Shown here: piece by piece, positions 33,101 to 43,017 of the stretch
Layout: the number at the start of each line of letters is the position of its first letter
Position numbering within the stretch: position 1 is the stretch's first letter
From: Lenisia limosa
Lineage: Eukaryota; Protista; Breviatea
Direction of reading: 5' to 3'
DNA: 43,017 bases
NCBI GenBank assembly: GCA_001655205.1
Contig: LPNZ01011560.1
Location: 1 to 43,017 of the forward strand
Notes under the pieces: model-generated
What the model saw: the letters and a program-made list of their open reading frames with translations, nothing else
Database searches by the model: none
What the model was told of the DNA's origin: nothing
Position numbers and translations under genes: made by a program

Positions 33101-34036
33101 TGCTGAGAGAAATGTTTTCGGTATGTAACACAGTGGCACATGATATGCTTACGCCAAAGGAGTTATTGAAGATGTGATACTTTGCGGTGCCCCAGTGGCC
33201 TCCGCCGCTGCACAGTGGGAAGCAGTTCGTCAAGTCGCTTCCGGCCGTGTTGTCAATGTGTAAGAGGATTAATGAAATGCTTCACGAGGCGTGGTGTAAC
33301 TTGGCCAGGTACTCCCCAGGGGACTGGGCGTTAGCACTGATGTTCCGGACTACGACTTTGAGTAGTGTCGCAATTGCCGGCCTTAAGCCAGTCTCAACAC
33401 AGAACACCGTCGTGGAGGTGACCGTCCCAATTGGTAGGCAAAGTGTATTGAATCTTTTGTATTCTGTCCAGTTATCGGGTCTACAAGTGTTGTTTGTTGG
33501 TGCATAATATCTAGGTCTCTGTATAATTAATTTTTTCAAGAAATATCCAGTAAAAATCATGACAATTAAATTTCGGGAATTTTCAGGAATTTTCTGATCG
33601 ATTCATTAAGTAATAATTGCAATTATTATTGAAAAAGCCGAAAATAATTGTAATTGCATATATTAATTTAAAAATAAATGCGCAAAGGCCTAATGATAAC
33701 TCGGGTTTAATACTGCAGAAACTTCGGATAACGAAGGTGAGGCGGTTGAATCTGGTGAAGGTCTCACCCTTCTTGGTGACAATCCAAACTACTCCTCTGA
33801 TGACGAGAGCAAGCCGAACATTGAGGTCGTGTCGCAGGATGAGAATAAATTGGAACACGACGGCCAAATGGACGTCCAAACTGACGAGGTTTGCTGCCTT
33901 GTTGTTAATGGCCAAGAATGTTGAGGTACCTTTGGACGAGATTCTGGTTGAGGACATCTGCGGTACTGAAGACGTGGAATGGAGTGATGAATTCCAAGGA
34001 TCCGTTACTGTCATTTACCTTCAAGGTTTGGCCTAG
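30191..34036 (+). CDS. TMCO4: TMCO4 / DUF726 family alpha/beta-hydrolase-fold membrane protein, multi-exon
   Basis: GTYDARTRFVLRV; GFAALGGAIAVGLTAGAAAPMVAVG; SLFGAGGAGLVGYK; LAWPVALLSAATLIDRPW; RADKAGRILADIL...GSRPVTLVGY|SVGARLIF; IEDVILCGAP; YSPGDWAL. ATG at 30191. Confidence 0.92.
32515..32572. repeat. Internal core of the 4791-4878 MITE family, inside a TMCO4 intron
   Basis: aaaagaccgttaaaatatcga...aggatatatcgagaattcagtctttttt versus the reverse complement of the 4791 element, aaaaagaccgatgaaatatcgaggatttatcgagaaattcggacttttt. Confidence 0.7.
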
Positions 34037-34428
34037 ATATCATATAGTAGTATTATAGTATATTATATGAAATAATCATGTCCTATTATGACATGCTGAC
34101 TTAATAGGAAGACCTGTTGAAAACGTTGATGCTTCTCTTCTCGTTTCCAACCATCTTGATTATCGAGAAAACTTACCAGATATTCTGGAGTGGGTTTACT
34201 CTTTTAGCCCTCCAACCTAAGGATGTTGCAAAACATTAATATACATTCTATCCTAATAATCTAACATAAAAATACACATAATGTACAAAAGAAAACATCA
34301 CACATATTTACTGGAAACCAATTACTGGAGTACTACAAATCTAAGAGAATTAATGAGACGAGGTATGAAGAATAAAAATTACAAGTGGCAGCATGCCTTG
34401 TTCAATCAAAAGAGAAAGCCCATGAGCT

Positions 34429-35113
34429 TCAATCACCGCAAACCGGACAACTTGGCCCGTTGCAACAGTCATCACACACTTTGTGGCCACATGTATACTG
34501 TGGAAGTGCTGTNNNNNNNNNNNNNNNNNNNNNNNNNNNNNNNNNNNNNNNNNNNNNNNNNNNNNNNNNNNNNNNNNNNNNNNNNNNNNNNNNNNNNNNN
34601 NNNNNNNNNNNNNNNNNNNNNNNNNNNNNNNNNNNNNNNNNNNGGCATGGCTATCAAGTTGACTATATCGAGATATATTATCTAATATGTAGTATATCTG
34701 ATATACTATTGGACGACCATGAGAGGTGTGCCAAAGCTGAAAGCATGCAATACTTGAGACTTGGAATATTCATAACAGTGCCCATAACCAACCAAAATCT
34801 TCTCATAGCGTCGCTGGAAACAGCTCTTGCACACTACGTTGAAGATGTAAGAATGAGTAGACTGGTGCAGAGGCTGAGGCATTGTGTGGAGAGGAGGTGG
34901 AGTCGGAACGGAAGGTGTTGGCGAAGGTGTCTGTGTCTGAGAGTATTGGAATGAAAAAGGTTGGGGTTGAAGATGGAAGGCTTGTGGTTGCATTAGATGT
35001 TCGCCTTTGCTCTTCTTCCTGGTTGCAGAGTAGTCATCTTCAAAGTGCGACCTTTTCAGAAGAACTGGCCTGTGTTCTCTCTCAAGGGTTTGGAAAGGAG
35101 TCATTCCAAACAT
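34429..35113 (-). CDS. Small Gln/Pro-rich protein with a probable C-terminal RING-HC finger; N gap inside the gene
   Basis: ATG at 35113. VVCKSCFQ upstream of the gap and YTCGHKVCDDCCNGPSCPVCGD* downstream together give a C3HC4 ligand pattern. The linker exons are unresolved. Confidence 0.6.
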
Positions 35114-35810
35114 TTCACTATTTCACTTCCCTTGAAGGTAAAAATAAGAACAAAGAAAACCAACCCTTGCACAAGAAGAGAGTTGAGGTTGGCAGAAATT
35201 TGATAACCTTGGGTTCAATTGCAATATATAATCCTCAATCAAATCAATATCAAGATCAAGTTGTTTAATTGGCATAAAAGGTGAGAGGAAGTGACTTCCA
35301 CACCAAAAAAACAGGCAGATTCAATCGCTGACTATTTAATTCTCTGCTATCCCATTGTTGTATGTTTTATATCGATCAGATATTTCTTTTTGCTTTATTA
35401 TTTTATTGATATTTGTTTACAACTTTTAAATAATTTTTTGTAGGTAGTAGCGCGGAGAGTTGCCATCAGTTTATTACACCATCTCTGCATCTCACTCTTC
35501 TCATAGTCAACTCATAGTCTCTATTGCCATATTGTGGCCATATTACCATTATGATTACTTGATTACACACAGAAAACATATTGTATAATATGCCAATAAT
35601 ATGCAAATTGCTAATTGAAAATATCTCTTGATCACTCCAAGGCGGTACCACTCCTCCCCAGTTTGTTTCAATGTATAGATTGATAAATAATAATACAAGA
35701 AGAGAAGAACAAAAAAAAAAGACAATTACACCTTTGCCAGAATAGAAAAAAAAATAATAAGAAAATGGAATGAGTGACAAGGACGACAAAACGGAACATG
35801 ATAGAAAGGG

Positions 35811-38800
35811 TTAGACAAGGGCCAAGGAGGCATTGAGGATATCCCCAGGAGTGGCAAGTCGTGACGACATCAAAAAGATCTAAAAGTAACATTGCATGAT
35901 GGATGATGCGGGAACCCACTTCTTTTCCTTCTGGGGCGCTGAGGCTCTGGACAGCCCGGGCCTCATGCATTGTCACACCTCCAAGAACCCAAATGATAAT
36001 TCGAGGAGAGGCTTGAGTCACAGCTCCAAAACCGAGGGCGCTATAACGTCAGTGAGGGTCTAGCGTATATGGCAGTAAGGGTCCAGCGTATCATACCTGA
36101 ATCCAGACGAAATAAGTCCACTTAGTCTTGGCCTGATCACCTGAACAATCAGGGGGTGGTAGCGTATTAAAATATTGAAGAGACTCTCACTACCATTCGC
36201 AAACAAATACCATTAACCGGGGAGCGGACCTTGACGTCTGAAGGCATGCGTTCAAAGTTGAGCATCGCATCGACTGCCACCCGTTGAATTAAGGGCGAAA
36301 CCGTCCCAAATTGACCTGGATGTCAACCCGCCTTTCAGCAGCATACCTGAGACAACGGATCGATACTGAGCCATCGGGAGCCTGGTTTTTGATAGGGCAC
36401 TCAGACGGCGAAACGCATCCCTCATGGCGGCCTGGAGTTGCGAGTCGACCTACTGGTTAGGCTCCTGGCGTTTTCTCATGACTTATTATGTAACCTTGTA
36501 TTGAAAGTGGACCAAATCACAATATGACATGTTCAAGGAAAATACCTCTTTCCGTGCCGGGTCATCAACAGTTGGTGGCGGGCTGAGCAGAATCTGAATC
36601 GACGGAGGAAGGAAGGTTAACTTGCTTGCCTAGTACAATTAATAGTAGAGCTCTGGGATATTAATATTAATATTAATAGTAATTTGTTCATAGTAAATAT
36701 TAATATTCATATTAATATCCTATTAATAGATATATATATATTAATATTTTATCAATATGTTTTTTGCTTCAAGAAATATTATATTAAATTAATATTATTA
36801 ATAATAATTACCCGGAGCTCTAATTAATAGCCATTTTCTTCATTGAGTAACATGGTTTCGAAATAATATGGATCTTTTTCGGTAACATAGTTTCCAAATA
36901 ATTATGGATCTTTTTGGGAGCTAAGGTGATTCAAAATAGTGAATGGCTAACTTGTTCAGGATTAAGCTTAGCCAGAGCTGAAAACGTCTCAATAGCTGCC
37001 TCCTCCAAACTTTGCCATTCGTCTATCGCCTTGCCATCTCGGAACCATTCTAAGCAGTCAGCCAGCCTATCAGAATTCAACCAAGCCTTTATTCTCAAGC
37101 TTTCAGGACGCCAATCATCACAAGAAACAAACCTGGAGTTGCAGCAGTGTAAATCCAAAGAGCAAGGCGGAAAGAAAGCTCAAGGTTTCGACAGCTCTGA
37201 CAATGAGATCAAACGTATAACTAACTTGGATCAGAGCAATTAGATGCTGCATAGCTCCTGCCGGGGATTCCATTGTCAGTGAGAGAGCCTTGATAATCAG
37301 GAATGGTAGAATGTTGGACCATTTTAAAGGATAGTTGAACCACCTTCTGAGAGGCAACAATGAGGTCAAACTCTTTGCATCGAATTGTCACAGCAGAGAG
37401 GCAGCACACAACCATAGAAATGGTCTAAGGGTTAGGCATGGGGCACGTTGGGCAATGAAAAAAAGGACCGAAGAAGCACTATACCTGGTGATGCCGATAC
37501 ATGGTTTCAGCATAATTGGCAATACATCGAAGAAGACCCAAGACAAGATCAGCGTTGGCGAGACCCAGCTTTGAGGGGAGAGCAATGGGCAAATTGTCTT
37601 CATTAATGATGGATACCAAAGATTGGGCACAGGCAACGAGGGATTCTCGGGGACGCTTCTTTGAGAACACCTGAAATAAAAAGGGATTCAAACAGGTAAC
37701 TGCAAACAGTTAAGAGATTTGCTGCTTCTTTGTTCTTGTGGCAAATGGTACTGTACAATGATCCCTAAGGAGTGAAAAATCATACACTGACCCCGATATG
37801 TTCTGACAAGAATAATGAGATTTATATTTGTTCAATCGTGTCAGCACTTATCGTCAGTGTATATCATATGTACTACACTATGTCATACTTCCGAAATGAA
37901 ACCTTCAGCAAATGAGTCAATAGGAAACAGCTTCAAATGCTCTTCTAAAACATAAAAAAAAAGTTGAAACCCTACTCTTGTTCAGGGACAAGTTTGGTTT
38001 AGGACAAGTTGAGGATGAATCATGACTTTCGATAACCGTGTCAAGGTTCATTGAAGGCTCATTATCAGCGGCAGTGAAAACAGACAGGATATCCGAAATG
38101 ACATCAGAACCGCTACTAGTCCATTGTGCGAGCTGAAGATATGAGTTAACAGATTGAATACTTCTTTGGGATCTTCAAGGTCGCGCAAAAGAGGCCAATG
38201 CCATCCGTTTCCGTCTGAAGAGAGCTGCATAGTGAGGTTTTAAAGAACACATACATCGGTTAGGACTGGAAGAGGGTTTCCAGAAGTTTTACGGAGCTTG
38301 ACTGCTTTCTGAGCCGCTAATCTCTGAAAATGTCAGAGGAAAATACTTCTACAAGCATGTTGATTTCCCAAGGTATTGGATCCTTTCGATTCTTTTGCGA
38401 TTTAAATCTTATTTATGTATGAAGAGGATTGTACAAAATATGGCAATAAAAAAAATGACAAACCTGGACTTGGGGGCTTTGACGAGGCAATGAACTGAAC
38501 ATTCGATCCAAAACTATTTCCGATTCTTGCATTGCAGAAGGGAGGTCAAGCGTCTATTAAATGAGATGCCAGACTAAAACCATCTCACCCTATCAATGAT
38601 AATAAAAGGCACTTTGGTAGTTCCCTCGCATTGGTTTTGGTGTAATTCCAGGCCAACAGCATGAGCAGTAGGGCCAATCGTTCTAATTTCAGGCTAAACA
38701 GTGAATACCCTATTCTCACCAAACCTTAACTTCAAGCCGATCCAACACTGCCTGCATAACCAGTGACACTCTTTTCAATCGCGCCTGAATCGTCAATACC

Positions 38801-39601
38801 CTACTACACCATTCTAAGTTCAAACAATTTCCGGAGGGGGAAGCTCAGAGGTGCTCAAAGTAGCTTTTGGTTCCTCCATCCAGGATGGTAATACAGGAAA
38901 ATCATCGCCTGTAAATAATTAACAAGTTTTTATGATGGGAAACTCACCTGCAGCTGGCACCAAAGAAACGTTAAACGGCAATGGGGCAACAAGAATACTA
39001 GCGTGAGCCACCCAGGCTTCACTGAATCGGTTACTCAACATGTGTCACAGTAATCCTGTAGTCAGGGTTGCGTTTTTGAGGCTTACACTGACTCCTCATA
39101 ATGGTCGGACAGAATTTTTGAGGCTTCCTTGGCAAAAAATCTAAAAAGGGAATCAAAACAACATAGAAAATACCTTTCTTTCTCCACTTGATCAGCTGTA
39201 CCTGCCATAGGAAGAGCTGTAATAATACCTACACTCCGAGGGATGGGTGATAAAGGCAAGCTTTCAACAAGGTTTGTTATATGGTTTGAGCATATTGGTG
39301 TAGCTTGATGGATAAGATGGACAGGCTTGGGCTTACATGTGATGAAAACAAATTTTTCAACATCTGAAATGAGATCAGGATATTCAATATGTTTCTTTTG
39401 ATTACACACAAAGAGTGCCCCTTGCTGTTCAAGCCAGCTCTGGAAGGTGTAAAAAGTGAAACACCAGAAAATACAAACCTCTCCAAATGACCAGTTCAAA
39501 ACCGCGGCAACGGGGGGGTCAATGATAATGAAGCTTTCTTCAAGCTCGTCTTTGATTTCAGATAGCTCCTCCTTGAGAAGTTCAACTTTTAAGAAATCCA
39601 T
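35811..39601 (-). CDS. SCFD2: Sec1/Munc18-family protein, SCFD2 (plant MIP3)-like, multi-exon
   Basis: N-terminal SFIIIDPPVAAVLNWSFG. C-terminal GLISSGF..., PRIIIWVLGGVTMHEARAV and IFLMSSRLATPGDIL* match the recalled SCFD2 pattern (LFVVGGVT.SE; VIVLSTRLL.P). ATG at 39601. Confidence 0.75.
36646..36822. mobile_element. 177-bp hAT-type MITE with an 8-bp TSD, in an SCFD2 intron
   Basis: TIR TAGAGCTCTGGG versus reverse complement of right end TAGAGCTCCGGG (11/12). Identical flanking ATTAATAG at 36638-36645 and 36823-36830. The interior is extremely AT-rich. Confidence 0.85.
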
Positions 39602-40065
39602 TTTTCATCAAGACAAGAAGCTTGACTTTGTTGAGATACTGCACAATGCGCCACTTCAAGGCTTGTCTTTTTGTATAGTTGTTTGAAAAAGAGAAATTAA
39701 TATGAGAGAAGAAAAAAGAGAAAGGTTCAAAAGTTTGTGTTTTTTGTGGGTGATGTTGATGATCTGCGGGATCTGTGCCAAACTTAACAATAATTTACAC
39801 CATGGGGTGTATATATCTCTTACCTAAGTTTCCACTCGTCTGTTTTCCACAGGTATTCAGTGTATTCAGTCAACACAATCAATCTTGTATCAATCATATA
39901 TACAATATATATTAGAATATAGTGCAAATATATATTGTGTTGTTACGTGTTGTTGCACTGCTATTGTGTTGGTTGTTGATTGTTGTATCAACACACCACT
40001 TGACACACGAAGAACGTCATTTCAGAACCTATAATTGTGTGCTTGAATGAAAGCACAGTTGCAAT

Positions 40066-42162
40066 ATGTCAACAACAAATGGTTCTCAGGATGTTAAAGA
40101 GATCATCAAGGACTTTGGTGTAAGCCAACACTGACTTCTTTGTTAATTATGTTCAGTTGGATAATGCTCTGAGCGACTCCGACTTCGAAGCTGTTATAAC
40201 CGCCGCAGCTGGTGAATCGTTTAGCTCCGAGGTTGCGTCGTTGTCTTCTCCTTTCTCCATTTAATGTTTTTAGAATGAATCGTCATTATTGTCCATGTCA
40301 ACGTCTTCACTAAATCAAATCCCAAATAGTAAGGTTTTAATGGAAATCATCATTAACATGTAGATAATATTCGGATAGAGCTAAAACGGTTACAGACACT
40401 CCTTGCTTCAAAGGAACTAGAAATAGTCAATTTGAAGAAGCAGTTTGTCCTTTCACAAGCTGAACAAGTATGGGAGATTGTAAATCTTATGAAACAGGAA
40501 GAAGAATATGAGAAAATGAACATTCAGGATCAAAGAAGAAAAGAAATTCTCAGAGAGTAAGGGGGGGGGGNNNNNNNNNNNNNNNNNNNNNNNNNNNNNN
40601 NNNNNNNNNNNNNNNNNNNNNNNNNNNNNNNNNNNNNNNNNNNNNTGTTTTTTTTTGAAAATTCGAAGCGGGAACTGGAAATGATGATATTATAAATCAA
40701 ATGTTAGTTTTTGTTTATTAATATTTGAAATTCAAATAGAAAAGGTGAAAAAACTAAAAGTGAAATATTGAAATATTGATTATATATTACTACTATGTAT
40801 GTACTTCCCCCTTTTATTACTTTGTTAAAAATGGACATGATCAATGAAGCTTTTGGGTGGGGAAAGCGCTCCCAGCCTTGGATATCCCCTCAGTTCAGAT
40901 TTCAGATGCCAAGTGGGGCCATTAGCTTTAGTATGTGCTCTTGTTTTCTTATCATATTTATCTCTTCCCTCAAGGAGATGAAAATAAATCCGATTTGTGT
41001 AATACGTTCTCAAAAAAACGGCGACCTTGGGTTTTTAAACACACGACTCCTTCCCCCAACATGTACAATTATTGTTTGGCAAATTTTGAAAAATAGTTTT
41101 TTTAAAAATAAATATAATAATGTATGCTGGGGCGGCACGCAGAAAGCTGTATGCACAGAGTTTTAAGGCAAATGATTGTGTGAATTAATAGTATTATACT
41201 ATAATCCAATATCTCTTATAAGCATGATGGTGTGGACGGCTTCGGCCAGATACTACCTTATTTTTTATTTCTCATTGCTTTTTATATATCAAAATATCAC
41301 TCATGGATTATAAATGATCCTCCTTTTCGGGATGTTATCACTTGAGAAATATCATTAATTAACTCTTCAAAAATTTTGTGATTCTGAGGGTGGCGCTTTT
41401 GGCTTCAACATTGAGAGTACGTAAGGGTACTGTTGCATATCGTATCGATATACTTATATACTACATCCATTGTCATAATTTTCCTTGTTGACTCTTACAA
41501 TTATTAGAGAAATTACAAACCTTGTTCGACGAGCACATGAGGAGAAAAAAGCCAGGCAAAAACTTGAAATTGAGATTGAGGCGCAAACCCAGCAGGTTTG
41601 TTTGAGGTTTGTTATAATCGTACAGCAAGGAATCGACTTGGATCTTGCCTTCCAAAAACATGAAATTGTTCTTGCCAATCGAAAGTATCAGCAAGAGAAG
41701 GAGTATACAGAAGAGTATCGCAAACAGTGTGATCATAACGAAGAGCAGATCAGTCTTATGGAGAGAAATTTTTCAAACCAATTAAGACGAACGCGTCTTA
41801 CAAGGGATGAGAGTGTTCAGCAGTCTAAAACGGCCCTGTCTCATGCTAAATGCCTGGTCTCACGAGCCGAGACTAACTTACAGTTCCTTCAAAAGCAGCA
41901 TGCTAAAGATGTGAAGTCATGCGCATCACAGACAACTCTTGATGTTAATATGACCCAGGTCATTCGCCCTCTACCCATTGATGAAACACCCCAATTTCAG
42001 CAATATAGAAGTCCTTGTCCAATCCACGGTCCTTTTTCCCAACCAATACACCCATCAAAACTCCTACAAACTTCAGTGGCTGTTCAGTTACCGCCTTTCA
42101 AACCCAAAGCCTCAAGTCATGCAACAGACTGCCCTTTATGGTTTCAAAGAATGGTAGAGTGA
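40066..42162 (+). CDS. Orphan coiled-coil protein, multi-exon; N gap in an intron
   Basis: MSTTNGSQDVKEIIKDFG|LDNALSDSDFE..; IELKRLQTLLASKELEIVNLKKQ; REITNLVRRAHEEKKARQKLEIEIEAQ; long last exon ending LWFQRMVE* at 42162. Confidence 0.65.
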
Positions 42163-42269
42163 AGAGTGTTTCGGGGATTGAATGGACAAGCGTTTCCCTT
42201 CTGTTTTTAAGCACTAATTTGAGTATCAGTGTTTCCCATTTATTTATTTTTATGTTGTACCATGTATTA

Positions 42270-43017
42270 TTAAATTTCATATATTGGTCGCACTTTGTCT
42301 TTAGTTGGAGATGGGGCCGCTGCGGCGTTTTCAGGAGCACACTTCTCACAAATGGGTCCTTGTAATGGTAACATTTGATTACGCACGTATTAAGAAAATA
42401 ATCCCTTGTCAAACTAACACTATCGCAAAACTGCTTCTTCATAGTGCGCTCACCTATTAGACTTAAGTCGCCATTTGGCGCAATTCTCGACGGTCTTTGC
42501 TGAATACAATAAAGAAAAACCAAAAGATCTTTCAAATGATATGGTATTCAGGACAACCGGGTAAAACTCACCTGTATCACAACTTTGGTACATAAGAGGC
42601 AGCGCCATATAGGAAGAAGTTCTTGGAGTCCAACATAATCGGGGGGAAGCAATCGTCTCAAAATCTGATTGGTTAATGATGAACAGGTTTATTTAACCTC
42701 ACTTAAAACAATGTTTCTATGAAAAACAGTAGTGCTTTTATGGCATACGAGTAAGTTGCGAAAAACAGTAGTCATTAGTGTTAACCAACATATACATATG
42801 AAAAATATATGTGATACACCTATGGTTAGATATTAAATTAAATCATGCTATCAGGCTGAACTCCTATATCAAGGCTCATTGTAGTAAATAGGATATTTAA
42901 TCTTGTATGTCTGCTGGGATACAGAAAACAGTTTACACGGAGGTAGAAAATAATCACGCGTCGGGCTGACACCATTTATTATTGAAAAACTTCTCATTTC
43001 TAACAACTTGTTTCCAA
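42270..43017 (-). CDS. 3' end of a partial multi-exon gene, possibly Cys-rich
   Basis: Exon-like DLRRLLPPDYVGLQELLPIWRCLLCTKVVIQ and GPICEKCAPENAAAAPSPTKDKVRPIYEI*. The 5' part lies outside the window. Confidence 0.45.

Larger units (their letters stand above)
1271..40645. other. Six assembly gaps: ~1271-1367, 10120-10233, 17273-17355, 17868-17939, 34513-34643, 40571-40645
   Basis: N runs. Four abut homopolymers (G, A, C, G). AFG1 and ZNF593 read coherently across their gaps, so scaffolding looks correct there. Confidence 0.95.

Overview
Gene-dense, intron-rich eukaryotic genomic DNA from a draft assembly with six N gaps. It is probably from a flagellated unicellular eukaryote, inferred from a CatSper3-like channel gene; the taxon cannot be fixed from this window. 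All gene models were spliced by eye (GT-AG), so exon boundaries are approximate, and the supplied ORF track captures only fragments. Recognisable genes in order: AFG1/LACE1 ATPase (-), RING/coiled-coil protein resembling OBI1/RNF219 (-), ZNF593/BUD20 (+), a long orphan coiled-coil protein (-), MFSD5-type MFS transporter (+) with a tRNA-Glu(CTC) inside one intron, mannose-6-phosphate isomerase (-), CatSper3-like channel (+), TMCO4/DUF726 (+), a small RING-HC protein (-), SCFD2-like SM protein (-), and an orphan coiled-coil protein (+), with partial genes at both ends. The most interesting unexplained signals are in the introns. A near-palindromic TATCATATG motif recurs in about ten introns of unrelated genes. 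A short dispersed repeat is bounded by direct repeats of a related motif. At least two MITE families are present, one with a perfect 8-bp target-site duplication. One exon/donor junction is triplicated, and a GC-rich antisense ORF-like block abuts the intronic tRNA. No prokaryotic-type system (CRISPR array, operon, defence island) is supported.
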